Origin: Neocallimastix sp. 'constans'
Lineage: Eukaryota
Direction of reading: 5' to 3'
Assembly (NCBI GenBank): GCA_050613775.1
Contig: JBODTK010000153.1
Location: 62,001-126,000, forward strand
DNA length: 64,000 nt
Part shown: positions 44,938 through 56,393 of the stretch, in pieces
Layout of the letters: every line of letters starts with the position of its first letter
How positions within the stretch are numbered: the first letter of the stretch is position 1
Notes under the pieces: generated by a model
What the model was told of the DNA's origin: nothing
Databases searched by the model: none
Seen by the model: only the letters and a program-made list of their open reading frames with translations
Made by a program: the position numbers and the translations under genes

Positions 44938-45262
44938 TGTAAAGCTGTGCTTATACAATAAGAAATAAGAATTTAAATTAATAACCTGATAAAATAAAAC
45001 TTATTATTAAGCACAAATCTTGAATCAAAAGGTTGGTGTTAAATAATAATTTATTAATTATTAATTTTTTTAATAAAAACACGATTTATAAATTTTACAT
45101 GAAATTTTTTGAGATATTTATTTTTTTTTTCAATTAAATAAATTAATTAAATTTTTATGAATTAAATTTTTATGATTTAAACCAATCAAATAATTATAAA
45201 CTAAAATATTTTAATAATATTAAATAAATAAAAATGATAAAAATTTTTTAAGGTAAATGTTC

Positions 45263-45316
45263 GGATTCGAACTCGCGAACTTAGCTATAAATTATTAAGT
45301 GTTAAACACTAAAATA
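45263..45316 (-). promoter_or_regulatory. tRNA-like A-box/B-box cassette in H LTR (second copy ~57292-57344)
   Basis: Minus strand TATTTTAGTGT ... AGTTCGAATCC, box starts 43 nt apart. Confidence 0.55.
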
Positions 45317-45573
45317 TATTATTTATTTCTGTGATCCGTTACATGGTCCCGCTTGAGGATTCGGATACCAGACGAATCAAATTTTTAATTATATTTGTTT
45401 TAAATATCTATAAATTAATCTAAAGCTATTAAATTTAATTAAAATAAACTATTTACAAACTAATTTAATGTATTAAACTAGAATAAACTATTTACATATT
45501 AATTTAAATTATTAAATTAAATTAAACTATATACAAGACAATTTTATTACATTTAATTTATAAATAAATGAGT

Positions 45574-48517
45574 TAATATTTATGAAAGTTTTTAAACTCC
45601 TTTAAAAGTTCAGGACAATTCAAGTTTTCTTCGGGCTCCCATGACGATTCACTTAGATTATATCCTTTCTACTTTATCAAGTACTGAATCTTTCCGTAAT
45701 GTTTTCGTTGATCCAAGATTTCTTCGACTTCGTATTCTTCATTATCATTTACAATAATTGGAGGTGGAGAAGATTGCTTTCTTTTGAATTTATTATCTTC
45801 GTAATAGGGTTCTAAACTAGATACGTGCACAACAGGATGAATTTTAATGTTTTTAGGTAGTTTCAATTTAAACGAAACTTCAGAGACTTTCTTCATTATC
45901 TTAAAAGGTCCTAATTTACGAGGATTAAATTTCTTATTACCAGAGCGAAGTATTAGAGAACTATCTAACCAAACCTTGTCATTAACTTTGAAATTGGGTG
46001 GTTTGCTTCGGTGTTTTGTTTGCTTGTTTGAGATTTACTTTTAATTCTTCTATTAACTCGTTTAGATTTCGGGTAAATTCTTCAGCTCTAGGAACATTAA
46101 CTTGATTTCGAATAACAGGTGAATATTTGGGATGATAACCATAATTCAAGAAAAAGGGTGACTGTTTTGCAGATTCTTGGATTGCGTTGTTGTAACTAAA
46201 TTCAGCTAACTTTATAAATTTACTCCAATTGGTTCCTTTATAGTTAAAGAAACATCTTAAATATTGTTCAATAACGGAGTTCACTCTCTCCGTTTGACCG
46301 TTCGTTTGATGGTGAAAGGGAGAAGAAAATTTAAGATCAACAGATAAAGTATGGCAAACAGCTTTCCAAAATTTGGAAGTGAATTGTGAGCCACGATCGG
46401 AAATAATTTCGGTAGGAAGTCCATGAAGACAAAAGACACCATTTATGAAAGCAATAGCAGTTTCTTCAGCAGAAGGAATACCAGCAAAAGCAATAAAATG
46501 ACCCATTTTAGTTAATCGATCAATAACAACAAGAATACATGTGAACCCATTAGATGAAGGGAGATCCGTAATATAATCCATTGAAATAGATGACCAATGA
46601 CGATCAGCGATTGCAAGAGGTTTAAGGAATCCATAAGGCTTATGACGAGAAGGCTTTGAACGAGAGCAAGTTTCGCAAGAACGAACATAATCAGCAACAT
46701 CAGAATTGAGAGAGAGCCACCAGAAATCGCGAGATATGAGGGAGGAAGTTTTCTTAATACCAAAGTGTCCTGCAGCTGGAGAGTCATGACAAATCTTGAG
46801 GATGAAAGAACGGCATTTAGGTGGGATATAAATTTTATTATTAAATAAAAGGAAACTGTTACTTATAGTAAATTTATCTATTTGTGGATGAGGAATTGGA
46901 GATTTAGGATTATCTAAATAGTTACAAATATTGCAATAAAATTCGTCATATTTATAAGAAGAAAGGATTTCATCACTAAAAGAAGAAATCGACGTAGCAA
47001 CAGCACAAAAGTTTTCTGGTCTAAGTACTGTGAAAGGCACATCATCAGAAGAAATTGAAGAAATATAATCAGGACGGCGAGAAAGGGAATCCGGTTTGCC
47101 ATTTGAAGAACCTTAGCGATATTTAATAATAAAGTTAAATTCAGAAAGAAAAAGTGACCAACGAACCAATCTCTGAGTCATCTTTTCAGGCTTTTTTTGA
47201 AAGAGTAGATTTCTGTGGTCAGAGTATATAGTAAAAGGTTCCGAAGTTCCTTTGAGGAGGTGTCTCCAATGTTCTAAAGAGTTAACAATAGCAAGTAGTT
47301 CCTTATCGTATATCGGATAGTTTCTTTCAGAACCAAGAAGAGATCTAGAGAAATAAGCTATAGGATGAAGTTTGTTATCGGATGGAGAGACTTGAGAAAG
47401 AATAGCACCAATTGCGAAATTACTGGAATCTGTTTCTAATACAAAAGGAATACCTAGATTTGGAAAAATTAACACAGGAGTAGAGGTAAAAAGATGTTTT
47501 AAGGCATCAAAGGCTTCTTGTTGTTCATTATTCCACCTAAAAGTAACATTTTTTCTTAAAAGTTTATGTAAAGGATGTGCTAGCATAGCAAAACCTTGGA
47601 TGAAGCGACGGTAGTAATTTGCAAGACCTAAAAACGATTGAAGTTCCTTAATATTCTTCGGGATGGGCCAATTCAGGATGGAAGAAACTTTACTTGGATC
47701 CATATTGATACCTTCAGCAGAGATGCGGTGACCGAGAAAATCAATATAGGGAACAAAGAACTCGCATTTTTCTAAAGTAGCGACCAAATTAGAACTTCTT
47801 AATCTCGAGAGAACTTCTTTAATATGTTCAACGTGAGTAGAGTAATCTGAAGAGAATATAATGATGTCGTCGATATAACAGTATACAAATTTGCCAATAA
47901 TATCTTCAAAGATGTCATTTATAAAGTGTTGAAAGACCGCGGGAGCATTCTTGAGTCCAAAAGGCATTACAATGTACTCGAAATGACCTAATTTACAAGT
48001 AAAAGCAGTTTTGTATTCATCACCACTTTTAATCCGAATTAGGTTATAAGCCGATTTCAGGTCCAGCTTTAAGAATATCTTACCATTACCTGAACTCTCA
48101 AGCATATTATTGATCAACGGAAGAGGGTATGAATCTCGGATTGTGATTTCATTTAACCGCCGGTAGTCGATAACCATACGGAGTTTTCCATTCTTTTTTC
48201 GTACGAAGAGGATCGGAGCGCCAGCTGGAGATTTCGATTTTCTTATAAACCCTTTTGCAAGGTTTTCTTTAATATATTCTTCAAGAGTATCAGATTCTTC
48301 GGCAGTAAGAGGGTATATGGGACCATAATAGAGTTTACCGTCATCTTTAATTTTAATCTCACAATCATAAGGTCTGTGAGGAGACAGGACATTAGCAATA
48401 GCTTCGTTGAAAACATCAATATATTCAACAAGTTCCTTTGGGAGTTTCTTAGATAGAGTTTCCAAATCAGTAGTGTATGAGGAGGAATTAGAGCTAGAAG
48501 AAGTGTTAGAAATTGGG
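45574..48517 (-). pseudogene. Element H pol 3' part (RT-RH-IN-chromodomain), disrupted
   Basis: YIDD, ETDSSNFA, CHDSPAAGH...CETC, YEVEEILD...YLIK*KGY...SWEP. Stops at 47113 and 45669, frameshift near 46020. Confidence 0.92.
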
Positions 48518-48789
48518 TGTAACAAATCTTAATGTTACTTAAGATTGTTATAAGGTTTTTTACACAAAAGGTTCTCGACACTAAAGTAATTCAAAATATG
48601 TTTTATTAAAATAAGTTTTTTTATTAGTAAAAATATAAATTATTATTTTATTAATTAATCATTGTAATATTTTAAATTACTTTAAAATTAATTAAACACA
48701 AGAATTATCAAGAAATTCTAGTAATTTCTTGAACTATAAAGAATCTTCTAGATATTTTTTAGAATAAAACTATAAAATAATAATAAATG

Positions 48790-48844
48790 TGAATCGAACC
48801 CTAAGTAGTTTGATTCATGGTATTAGTTACTAACAACTATACCA
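48790..48844 (-). promoter_or_regulatory. tRNA-like A-box/B-box cassette in I LTR (second copy 54963-55017)
   Basis: Minus strand TGGTATAGTTG ... GGTTCGATTCA, box starts 44 nt apart. Confidence 0.6.
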
Positions 48845-48957
48845 GAAATAATATTTTTTAAATTTAATAATTTGTTTTAAAACTTTATTGAAAAATAATA
48901 CTAAATATTAAAATAATAAAATAATTGTAATTATTAATTCTGTTATAACTCTCTCCC

Positions 48958-51900
48958 TTAGAGACGGATTCCAGACGTCTTAGGTTTTGGTTTATTTGGA
49001 AACTTCTTGTGGAATTCGGCAAGAAGTTTATTGCAATGAAGATTCTCAAAAGGTTCCCATGAGTTTTCAGAATCATCATAACCTTTCCAATGAATTAAAT
49101 ATTTAATTTTGTTATGAAATTTCTTTGAATCAAGAATAGATTCAACTTCATATTCTTTTTCTCCATTAAGTATAATAGGTTTTGGAGTTGGGATATTTCT
49201 TTCTGTAAATTCATTTTCATAGGCTGGCTCAAGAAGTGAAACGTGGAAAACTGGAAAGACCCTAAAAGAGTTTGGTAACTTTAATTTATAACTTACATCT
49301 GAAATTTTCTTTAAAATAGTAAATGGACCAGATTTCTTAGGAGCAAGTTTGCCTTTTTTATTATTTATTAAATCATTCCTTAACAGCCAAACTTTTGAGC
49401 CAACTTTAAACTCAGGCGGAGACATATGTTTATCATCATAATATTTTTTTTGAAAATTAACTGCACTTTGAAGATTTTCTTTAAGTACATTTCTTAATTC
49501 TTTTAGGTCTTTAGCAATAATTTCAGCACGAGGGACAATAGAAACATCTGGAGTAGAAGGATCAAATTTAGGATTGAACCCATAATTAAGAAAGAAAGGA
49601 GTAGCATTTGCAGATTCTTGTATTGTGTTATTGTAAGCAAATTCTGCAAGAGATAAATATTCCATCCAATTATTTTGTTGATAATTAACATAACATCTTA
49701 AGTATTGTTCAAGTATTGCGTTTACCCTCTCCGTTTGACCATTAGTTTGCTGATGATGAGCAGATGATAAACAAAGATCAACATGAAGTAAATTAAATAA
49801 TCTATTCCAAAATTTAGAAGTAAACTGAGTACCTCTATCCGACACAATATCCTTTGGCAGACCATGAAGTTTGAAAATAGAATTAAGAAATTGTTCAGCA
49901 CAATCCTCAGCAGAGGGAACTGATTTGAAGGGAACAAAATGAGCCATCTTCGTAAAGCGATCAACTACGACAAGAATACAAGACATACCATTGGAAGAGG
50001 GAAGATCTGTTATAAAATCCATTGAAATTGATTCCCAAGGATTATTGCCAATGGGTAAAGATTTAAGTAAACCGTAAGGTTTATGACGAGGAGCTTTTGA
50101 AGCGCAGCACACATTACAAGTACGAATATATTTTTTAATATCCTTATGCATACCAGGCCACCAATAATTTCTAGAAACTAAGTCAGAGGTTTTATTTATG
50201 CCAAAGTGGCCAGCAGTAGGAGAATCATGACAAGAACAAAGAATTTTAAATCTAAGGCATTCAGGAATATAAATAAGATTGTCATATAAAAGAATACCAT
50301 TGGAGAACGAAAGGAGATCAACCGAAGCAATGGGTTTCTCATTAGCAGAAGGCTTTTCAAAATATATCTTAACATTATTAAAGAAAGGATCCTTGGAGTA
50401 ACACTTTTTAATTTCATCTTGTAGATTTGATTCAATAGAGATACTTGAAGTAAAACAAAAATTTTCCGGTTTAAGTACTTGGTAAGGTTTAGCAGGTTCA
50501 TGATTATCATAATCAGGACGGCGAGATAAAGCATCAGGCTTACCACCGCGAGAACCTGGACGATACTCAATTTGAAAGTCAAATCGAGTAAAGAACATTG
50601 ACCATCTAATTAAATGTTGTGAAAGCTGTTCTGGTTTCTTAAAGTAGAGTAGATTTCTATGATCAGTAAGAACTTTAATAGTATTCTTAGCACCTTCTAA
50701 ATAGTACCTCCAAGTTTCAAAAGCAGTCTTAATAGCAAGTAACTCTTTATCATAAATTGGATAATTGCATTCAGCAGAGGTAAAAGCTCTAGAATAGAAA
50801 GCAATTGGATGAAGCTTATTATCTTTAGAGCTAACTTGGGATAAAATACATCCAAGCGCAAAATTACTTGTATCCGTTTCAACAAAAAATTGAGAATTAG
50901 GATCAGCAGGAATAAGGATGGGAGCAGAAGTAAAAGAACGTTTAAGAAGTTCAAAGGAGTCATTAGCATCTTTTGACCAAACAAAAGGAACATTTTTTCT
51001 TGTAAGTTTATTAAGAGGATAAGCAATTTTAGCAAAATTTTTTATAAAGCGTCTGTAGAAATTGGCTAGGCCAAGAAACGATTGAACTTCTTTAACTGTA
51101 GTTGGAGCAGGCCAATCTAAAATAGCTGAGACTTTCTTAATATCCATCTTAAGACCATCTGAAGATACATAATATCCTAAAAATTTAACTTCGAACTTAT
51201 TAAACTCACATTTTTCAAGGTTAACATGTAAATGAAATTTCCTAAGTTGTAATAGTACTTTTTTAACGTGTAAATGATGTTCAGAAAGATCATCAGAAAA
51301 AATGATAATATCATCAATATAGGCATAACAAAATTTACCTAAATAGTCACTTAATGCAGTATCAATCATTCTTTGAAAACAGGCAGGTGCATTCTTGAAA
51401 CCGTAAGGCATAACTCTAAATTCAAAGTGTCCTAAGCTACATACAAAAGCTGTTTTGTATTCATCTCCAGACCTGATACGAATTTGGAAGTAAGCAGATT
51501 TTAAATCAAGCTTTGAGTAATACTTATGACCAGGAGCTTTATTAAAAATAACAGTTGTTAAAGGCATAGGATAACTATCTCTAATGGTGATTTCATTAAG
51601 TTTCCTAAGATCAATACACATACGTAACTCACCATTATCTTTTGGAGCAAATAAAATTGGATGACCAGCTTCTGATTTTGACCTAACAATAAAACCGTAT
51701 TTTAAATAGTCTTTAATAATTTTTTCTAAAGCTATTTCTTCGGGAATTGTAAGGGGATAAATTGCACTATAATATAACTTAGTATTAGGTTTAAGGTCAA
51801 TAGCACAATCAAAACTAGAATGAGGAGGTAAGATTTTAGCTTCTTCTTCACTAAATACATCAGAGAATTCTAGATAAATGGCGGGAAGTGTTTTATTTGG

Positions 51901-53286
51901 AGTATCCATGTTTGGGGAAGAGGCTATTGAATTCTTCAACACTGAAGGAGAAATAGAAGAATTATCAAACAAAGAATTATTAGGGGTGCATGAACTGGAA
52001 TAGGCTGGTTTCGAAGAGATAGAGTCGGAAGTATTCGAAGTAAGAGAAAGTGAAGTAGAGTTAACCGAGGTTGAAGGTACTGATTCAACAAAGGAAGAAT
52101 CTGACGCATTGTTATTACTATTGCAAAAGCTTAAAATATTATTGTTGAAATCAATTGATGATTTATTTTCTTTAAGAAATCTAGAACCAATTAAGCACTC
52201 AAATTTGTCGTTCAAATCAATAACAAAAAATTCTGTTAAGACCTGAAGGTTACTAACTTTAAATAATATTGGTATAGTTTTACCAACAACGTCTTTGCCA
52301 CCACCAATACCAGTAATGTTATCAGCTTCTAAATTATCATGTACAAGCTTAAAATTATTAATTTTAGCAAAATTACTATCCATAAGATTCAAGTCTGAGC
52401 CGGAATCTATAAGAGCCTTAGCTTTAATCCATTTATTTTTGTAGTTAAAGGAACACTTAATAATACAATCTTTATTAAATTTCTTAGAAGAATTAGATCT
52501 AGCCATATGGGAGGAGCCAGGTTTATTTGCTCGCTTTGGACAATTTATTAACTTATGGCCTGATTGTCCACAATATAGACAAAGCCCTTCTTTAATTCTT
52601 CTTGCTCTTTCTTCAGGGGATAAATGAGAGTAATTTGAATCATTATTTGATTTGAAAAAAGAATTAGAATTGGCGTTTCTATTATTACTAGAGTTAAATC
52701 TAAAATACTTCCTATTATTACGAGAATTATTATTATTATTACTGTTATTTCTAGAATTGTAATTGTTGATCGTTGCTAATCGAGTCATTTGATGATCTAT
52801 ACGATTGGTAATTCGCATTAGTTCACTTAATTTGGCAGGAGGAGGGAACAAACTAATTACTCTTTCTTGAAGTCTTGGTAGCAATCCTTCAATATAAGCA
52901 TCCATTAAGGCAAATTCATTCCAGTCCGTTTTTTCCGAAAGCCTACGGAATTCATTATTGTAATCAGTGACTTTACCATATGCTTTTTGCTTAATATGCA
53001 TAAGAGCTTGATTACAATTAAAAACTGCATCTACGTCACTGAATCTATCCTTCATAAGTTCAATGAAAGCGTTAAAATCGTCAAGGACTGGGTTATTTTC
53101 ATTCATCAAGTCTGCAGCCCAATCCATAGCTTCATCTCTTAACAAAGTGATGGTATAAGCTACTTTTAACGGATCATTGGTGAAATATTCAGGACGAAGT
53201 GCAATGGCTAACCCAACATAAGCTAAAAATCCCTTGAGCTTAGCTGAATCGCCATTAAAATGAAAATCGTTTGATGAAGAAGACAT
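48958..53286 (-). CDS. Intact single-ORF Gag-PR-RT-RH-IN-chromodomain polyprotein (1442 aa)
   Basis: CLYCGQSGHKLINC, LIDSGS, YIDD, ETDTS, HHCC plus DDE integrase, chromodomain YEVESILD...YLIHWKGY...SWEP. No stops. Confidence 0.97.
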   Translation of the reverse strand: MSSSSNDFHFNGDSAKLKGFLAYVGLAIALRPEYFTNDPLKVAYTITLLRDEAMDWAADLMNENNPVLDDFNAFIELMKDRFSDVDAVFNCNQALMHIKQKAYGKVTDYNNEFRRLSEKTDWNEFALMDAYIEGLLPRLQERVISLFPPPAKLSELMRITNRIDHQMTRLATINNYNSRNNSNNNNNSRNNRKYFRFNSSNNRNANSNSFFKSNNDSNYSHLSPEERARRIKEGLCLYCGQSGHKLINCPKRANKPGSSHMARSNSSKKFNKDCIIKCSFNYKNKWIKAKALIDSGSDLNLMDSNFAKINNFKLVHDNLEADNITGIGGGKDVVGKTIPILFKVSNLQVLTEFFVIDLNDKFECLIGSRFLKENKSSIDFNNNILSFCNSNNNASDSSFVESVPSTSVNSTSLSLTSNTSDSISSKPAYSSSCTPNNSLFDNSSISPSVLKNSIASSPNMDTPNKTLPAIYLEFSDVFSEEEAKILPPHSSFDCAIDLKPNTKLYYSAIYPLTIPEEIALEKIIKDYLKYGFIVRSKSEAGHPILFAPKDNGELRMCIDLRKLNEITIRDSYPMPLTTVIFNKAPGHKYYSKLDLKSAYFQIRIRSGDEYKTAFVCSLGHFEFRVMPYGFKNAPACFQRMIDTALSDYLGKFCYAYIDDIIIFSDDLSEHHLHVKKVLLQLRKFHLHVNLEKCEFNKFEVKFLGYYVSSDGLKMDIKKVSAILDWPAPTTVKEVQSFLGLANFYRRFIKNFAKIAYPLNKLTRKNVPFVWSKDANDSFELLKRSFTSAPILIPADPNSQFFVETDTSNFALGCILSQVSSKDNKLHPIAFYSRAFTSAECNYPIYDKELLAIKTAFETWRYYLEGAKNTIKVLTDHRNLLYFKKPEQLSQHLIRWSMFFTRFDFQIEYRPGSRGGKPDALSRRPDYDNHEPAKPYQVLKPENFCFTSSISIESNLQDEIKKCYSKDPFFNNVKIYFEKPSANEKPIASVDLLSFSNGILLYDNLIYIPECLRFKILCSCHDSPTAGHFGINKTSDLVSRNYWWPGMHKDIKKYIRTCNVCCASKAPRHKPYGLLKSLPIGNNPWESISMDFITDLPSSNGMSCILVVVDRFTKMAHFVPFKSVPSAEDCAEQFLNSIFKLHGLPKDIVSDRGTQFTSKFWNRLFNLLHVDLCLSSAHHQQTNGQTERVNAILEQYLRCYVNYQQNNWMEYLSLAEFAYNNTIQESANATPFFLNYGFNPKFDPSTPDVSIVPRAEIIAKDLKELRNVLKENLQSAVNFQKKYYDDKHMSPPEFKVGSKVWLLRNDLINNKKGKLAPKKSGPFTILKKISDVSYKLKLPNSFRVFPVFHVSLLEPAYENEFTERNIPTPKPIILNGEKEYEVESILDSKKFHNKIKYLIHWKGYDDSENSWEPFENLHCNKLLAEFHKKFPNKPKPKTSGIRL

Positions 53287-55120
53287 TGAAAGAATTATTA
53301 AATTATAAACAAGTTTAAGAATTGCAATAGGAAGATTTATTTAATATTATCACTATTATTATTATTATTATTATTTTTTTTTTTTTTTTTTTTTTTTAGT
53401 GCTCCCGAATGAAAATTGTAATGATAAAGAATTATAAATTATTATTTTTCTAGGCTTTTAATTTAATTGCTGATTTAAATTTTTTTTTTTTTTAAATTTA
53501 ATTTGGTAAATATAATAACTAGACTAAATTTCACTCTTTTATGCCTTGCAACAAAATAAAAAACCGGCAAGAGTTACTAACTAGAGGTATATACTAGACC
53601 TCAAAATAAAAAATTATAAACTATATATTTTAAAGTTGCTTTACCTTCACGACCAACCTATAGCCTTCGGTGACTATAGTTCCTTATTCGCCAGAGCTTA
53701 TTCGAATAGAGCAACCACCGAACTGTTGAAGTTGGTTGGTAGGATGTGGCTTTCGTTTAATCCACACGCTCTTCACGCCCTAGGGTTTTGAAGCCCGTTT
53801 ATATTCGAATAATTAACGGCTATAGTTTCTAACCTACTGAAACTAGTTACTAACCGCCGAAACTCTGTTTATGAGCTCTAATCGCTCCTAGTATATTTAA
53901 ATATTATATTTACCTATAATATTCTTTAAAAAGTCTCAAGAACTGTAGAACTTCTTAAAGAATTTTTTATATCAAAAAAAAAAATTTTTTTTTTTTCGCC
54001 TAGATAGATTTTGGTATAATTGTGAGTATGCTATTAATACCAAAAACCGAGAATTTTATTTTTTAAAGAAAAAAAAAGTAGATTCAAGAAGCAAGGCTGA
54101 ACCCAAAGAAGATATCAGAGACTAAGAGAAGAAGAGATTTTGTCCAAAAGTAGAAACCAAGAATCAGAAACCCGAAACCAATGGAAACAAAAACCAAGTC
54201 CAAAACTAAGAAATCTGAAACCAATGGAAACAGAAACCAAGACCAAAAATAAGAAATCCAAGGCAAACAGAAAGAATCTAACCAAAAGTGGAAACCTGAA
54301 GATATTAAGATAAGTAGCCAAACAGAAACCAAAAACAAAGGAAACAGAAAATCCGAGAGATTCAAAAAATAAAGTCCAAAAAGAAAACAAAAAGGCAGTA
54401 GACACTAATTCCAAAAGAAAGCTTCAAACCAAACAAAAGGGTAGATATATCAAGGCACGGCGTCTAAATCTTGGGTGTTTTTTATTATAACAAAATATTA
54501 TAATAAATATAATAACACTCAAAAAAAAAAACAAAAATTATTTTATTTTTTATTTATTTTTTTTTAATTATTTTATTAATTATATTTATTATAATACTAT
54601 AAGCCGCAAGGGTTGATATAGTATTAATATTAAAAAAAGTTTTATTAAAAAATTAAGTTTTATTAACTAAACAAAATTAAAATAAAAAACACAAAGAAAA
54701 GAATATTTGTTAATAAGAATTTTACTCATATTTATATTTTTTTCAAAAGTTAAAGTTATTAAAAAATAAAAATAAAAGTTTCTAAAAAGTTCTTAAAAAT
54801 CGAAAAATTTAGAAAAAATAGAAAACAATAGAATTAAGAATTTAATAGAATAAATTTTAATTAATTAAACACAAGAATTATCAAGAAATTCTAGTAATTT
54901 CTTGAACTATAAAGAATCTTCTAGATATTTTTTAGAATAAAACTATAAAATAATAATAAATGTGAATCGAACCCTAAGTAGTTTGATTCATGGTATTAGT
55001 TACTAACAACTATACCAGAAATAATATTTTTTAAATTTATTAATTTGTTTTAAAACTTTATTGAAAAATAATACTAAATATTAAAATAATAAAATAATTG
55101 TAATTATTAATTCTGTTATA

Positions 55121-56393
55121 TTGGGAAAGAAGTAAAAATCTTAATATTAGCTTTATTAGTAGAAGATTGTTTACAAGGAGTTACTGGATAAGAAGAATGA
55201 ATTACAAGACAATTAGAGTTGCAATGATTTGAGTTAAAGAGGAGTTTCATATTGGCAAAGTCAAGAGATGGATTATGAGTCTTTAACCAATCGAATCCAA
55301 GAATACAATTACAAGAAGGTAAATTAGTAACATAAAAGGAAGTAATACAACGGTGGTTAGAGTATTTGAGAGTAACTGGAATTGTTTGCAGAGAAAGAGT
55401 TTGAATACCACCAATACCACGGATTTTGTGAGTATTATCAACGGAAGTAGTAGGAATATTGTTATTTTTAACAAAGGTTTCATCAATAAGATTATAACAT
55501 GAACCAGAATCTACTAATATATCTACTGGGATAGAAGAGCTATTGAATCCAAGAGTAAAATTGAAAAGACTTTGAGAAGATTCGGAGTTATTGACTTGAT
55601 TAAGAGTAGAATTCGAAAGAGGTTTTGAAACTAAGGTAGTACTTGAAGAAGATTCATCTTTATTAGTTCTTTTAGGACAATCCTTAATAGAGTGAGTAGG
55701 AGAACCACAATATAAGCATAAAATTTCTTTCCTACGATATTCTTTTTCTTCTTTTGAGAGATATCCATAAAATTGTTTATTACTAGATTTTTTGTTTGTA
55801 CTATTTCTTTTAAAAGTAGAAAACCTATTACTGGTATAAGATTGTCTATTTCTTTGAAATTTTTGGGTTGTAGATAGTCTAGCATCAATACGAGAAGCAA
55901 TAGTTTGAAGAGCAAGTAAGCTTTTGGGTCCTGGGAATATTTCAATAATCTTGGTAGCAACTTGGTTATTTAATCCAGCAATAAAGGCATCCATCTTTGC
56001 TTCTTCATTCCAATTTGAATCGTCAGCATACTTGTTGAATTCTAAAATATATCCTTGAATTCCCCCTAGATTCCTCTGGCGTATATTTCTTAACATTTGG
56101 TTTGCAACATAGGTAGCATCAGAGTTCCTAAAAAAAGATTTTATGCGGCCAATAAAAGCTTCGTAGTTACTAAGACATGGATCACGGTGTTCTATCAAGG
56201 TAGCTGCCCAATTCATAGCTTTACCGTAGAAGCGAGAGATAATATATACTACCTTATCTTCATCTCCAGGAAACCTTTCAGGATATAAAAGAAAGATAAG
56301 CTCCATCTTGGCAAGAAATCCCTTAAGATACTTTCTGTCCCCAGCGAATCCATCCTTCAGATTAGCAGTATCGAAGATATTTGATTCTTCCAT
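55121..56393 (-). pseudogene. Element H gag-PR, interrupted by element I
   Basis: Gag FAGDR...AMNWA, knuckle CLYCGSPTHSIKDC, PR LVDSGS...ILGFDWL. Confidence 0.92.

Larger units (their letters stand above)
48518..55120 (-). mobile_element. Chromovirus 'I' with intact ORF, nested in H
   Basis: TSD TTGGG at 48513-48517 and 55121-55125. 3' LTR at 48518-48947; composite 5' LTR at 54486-55120. PPT AAGGGAGAGAG overlaps the ORF end. Confidence 0.95.

Noticed and set aside
45255..45325. Functional tRNA genes in the H and I LTRs
   Set aside because: No acceptor stem or proper anticodon arm; only the A/B boxes and their spacing remain.
45344..45356. TGGTCCC after the LTR read as a tRNA PBS of a plus-strand element
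   Set aside because: The ORFs are on the minus strand; this is the reverse complement of the PPT (AAGCGGGACCA) before the 3' LTR.
54084..54414. Hydrophobic upstream ORFs as env-like or membrane proteins
   Set aside because: Non-ATG starts, two overlapping frames, and hydrophobicity explained by the U-rich repeat.
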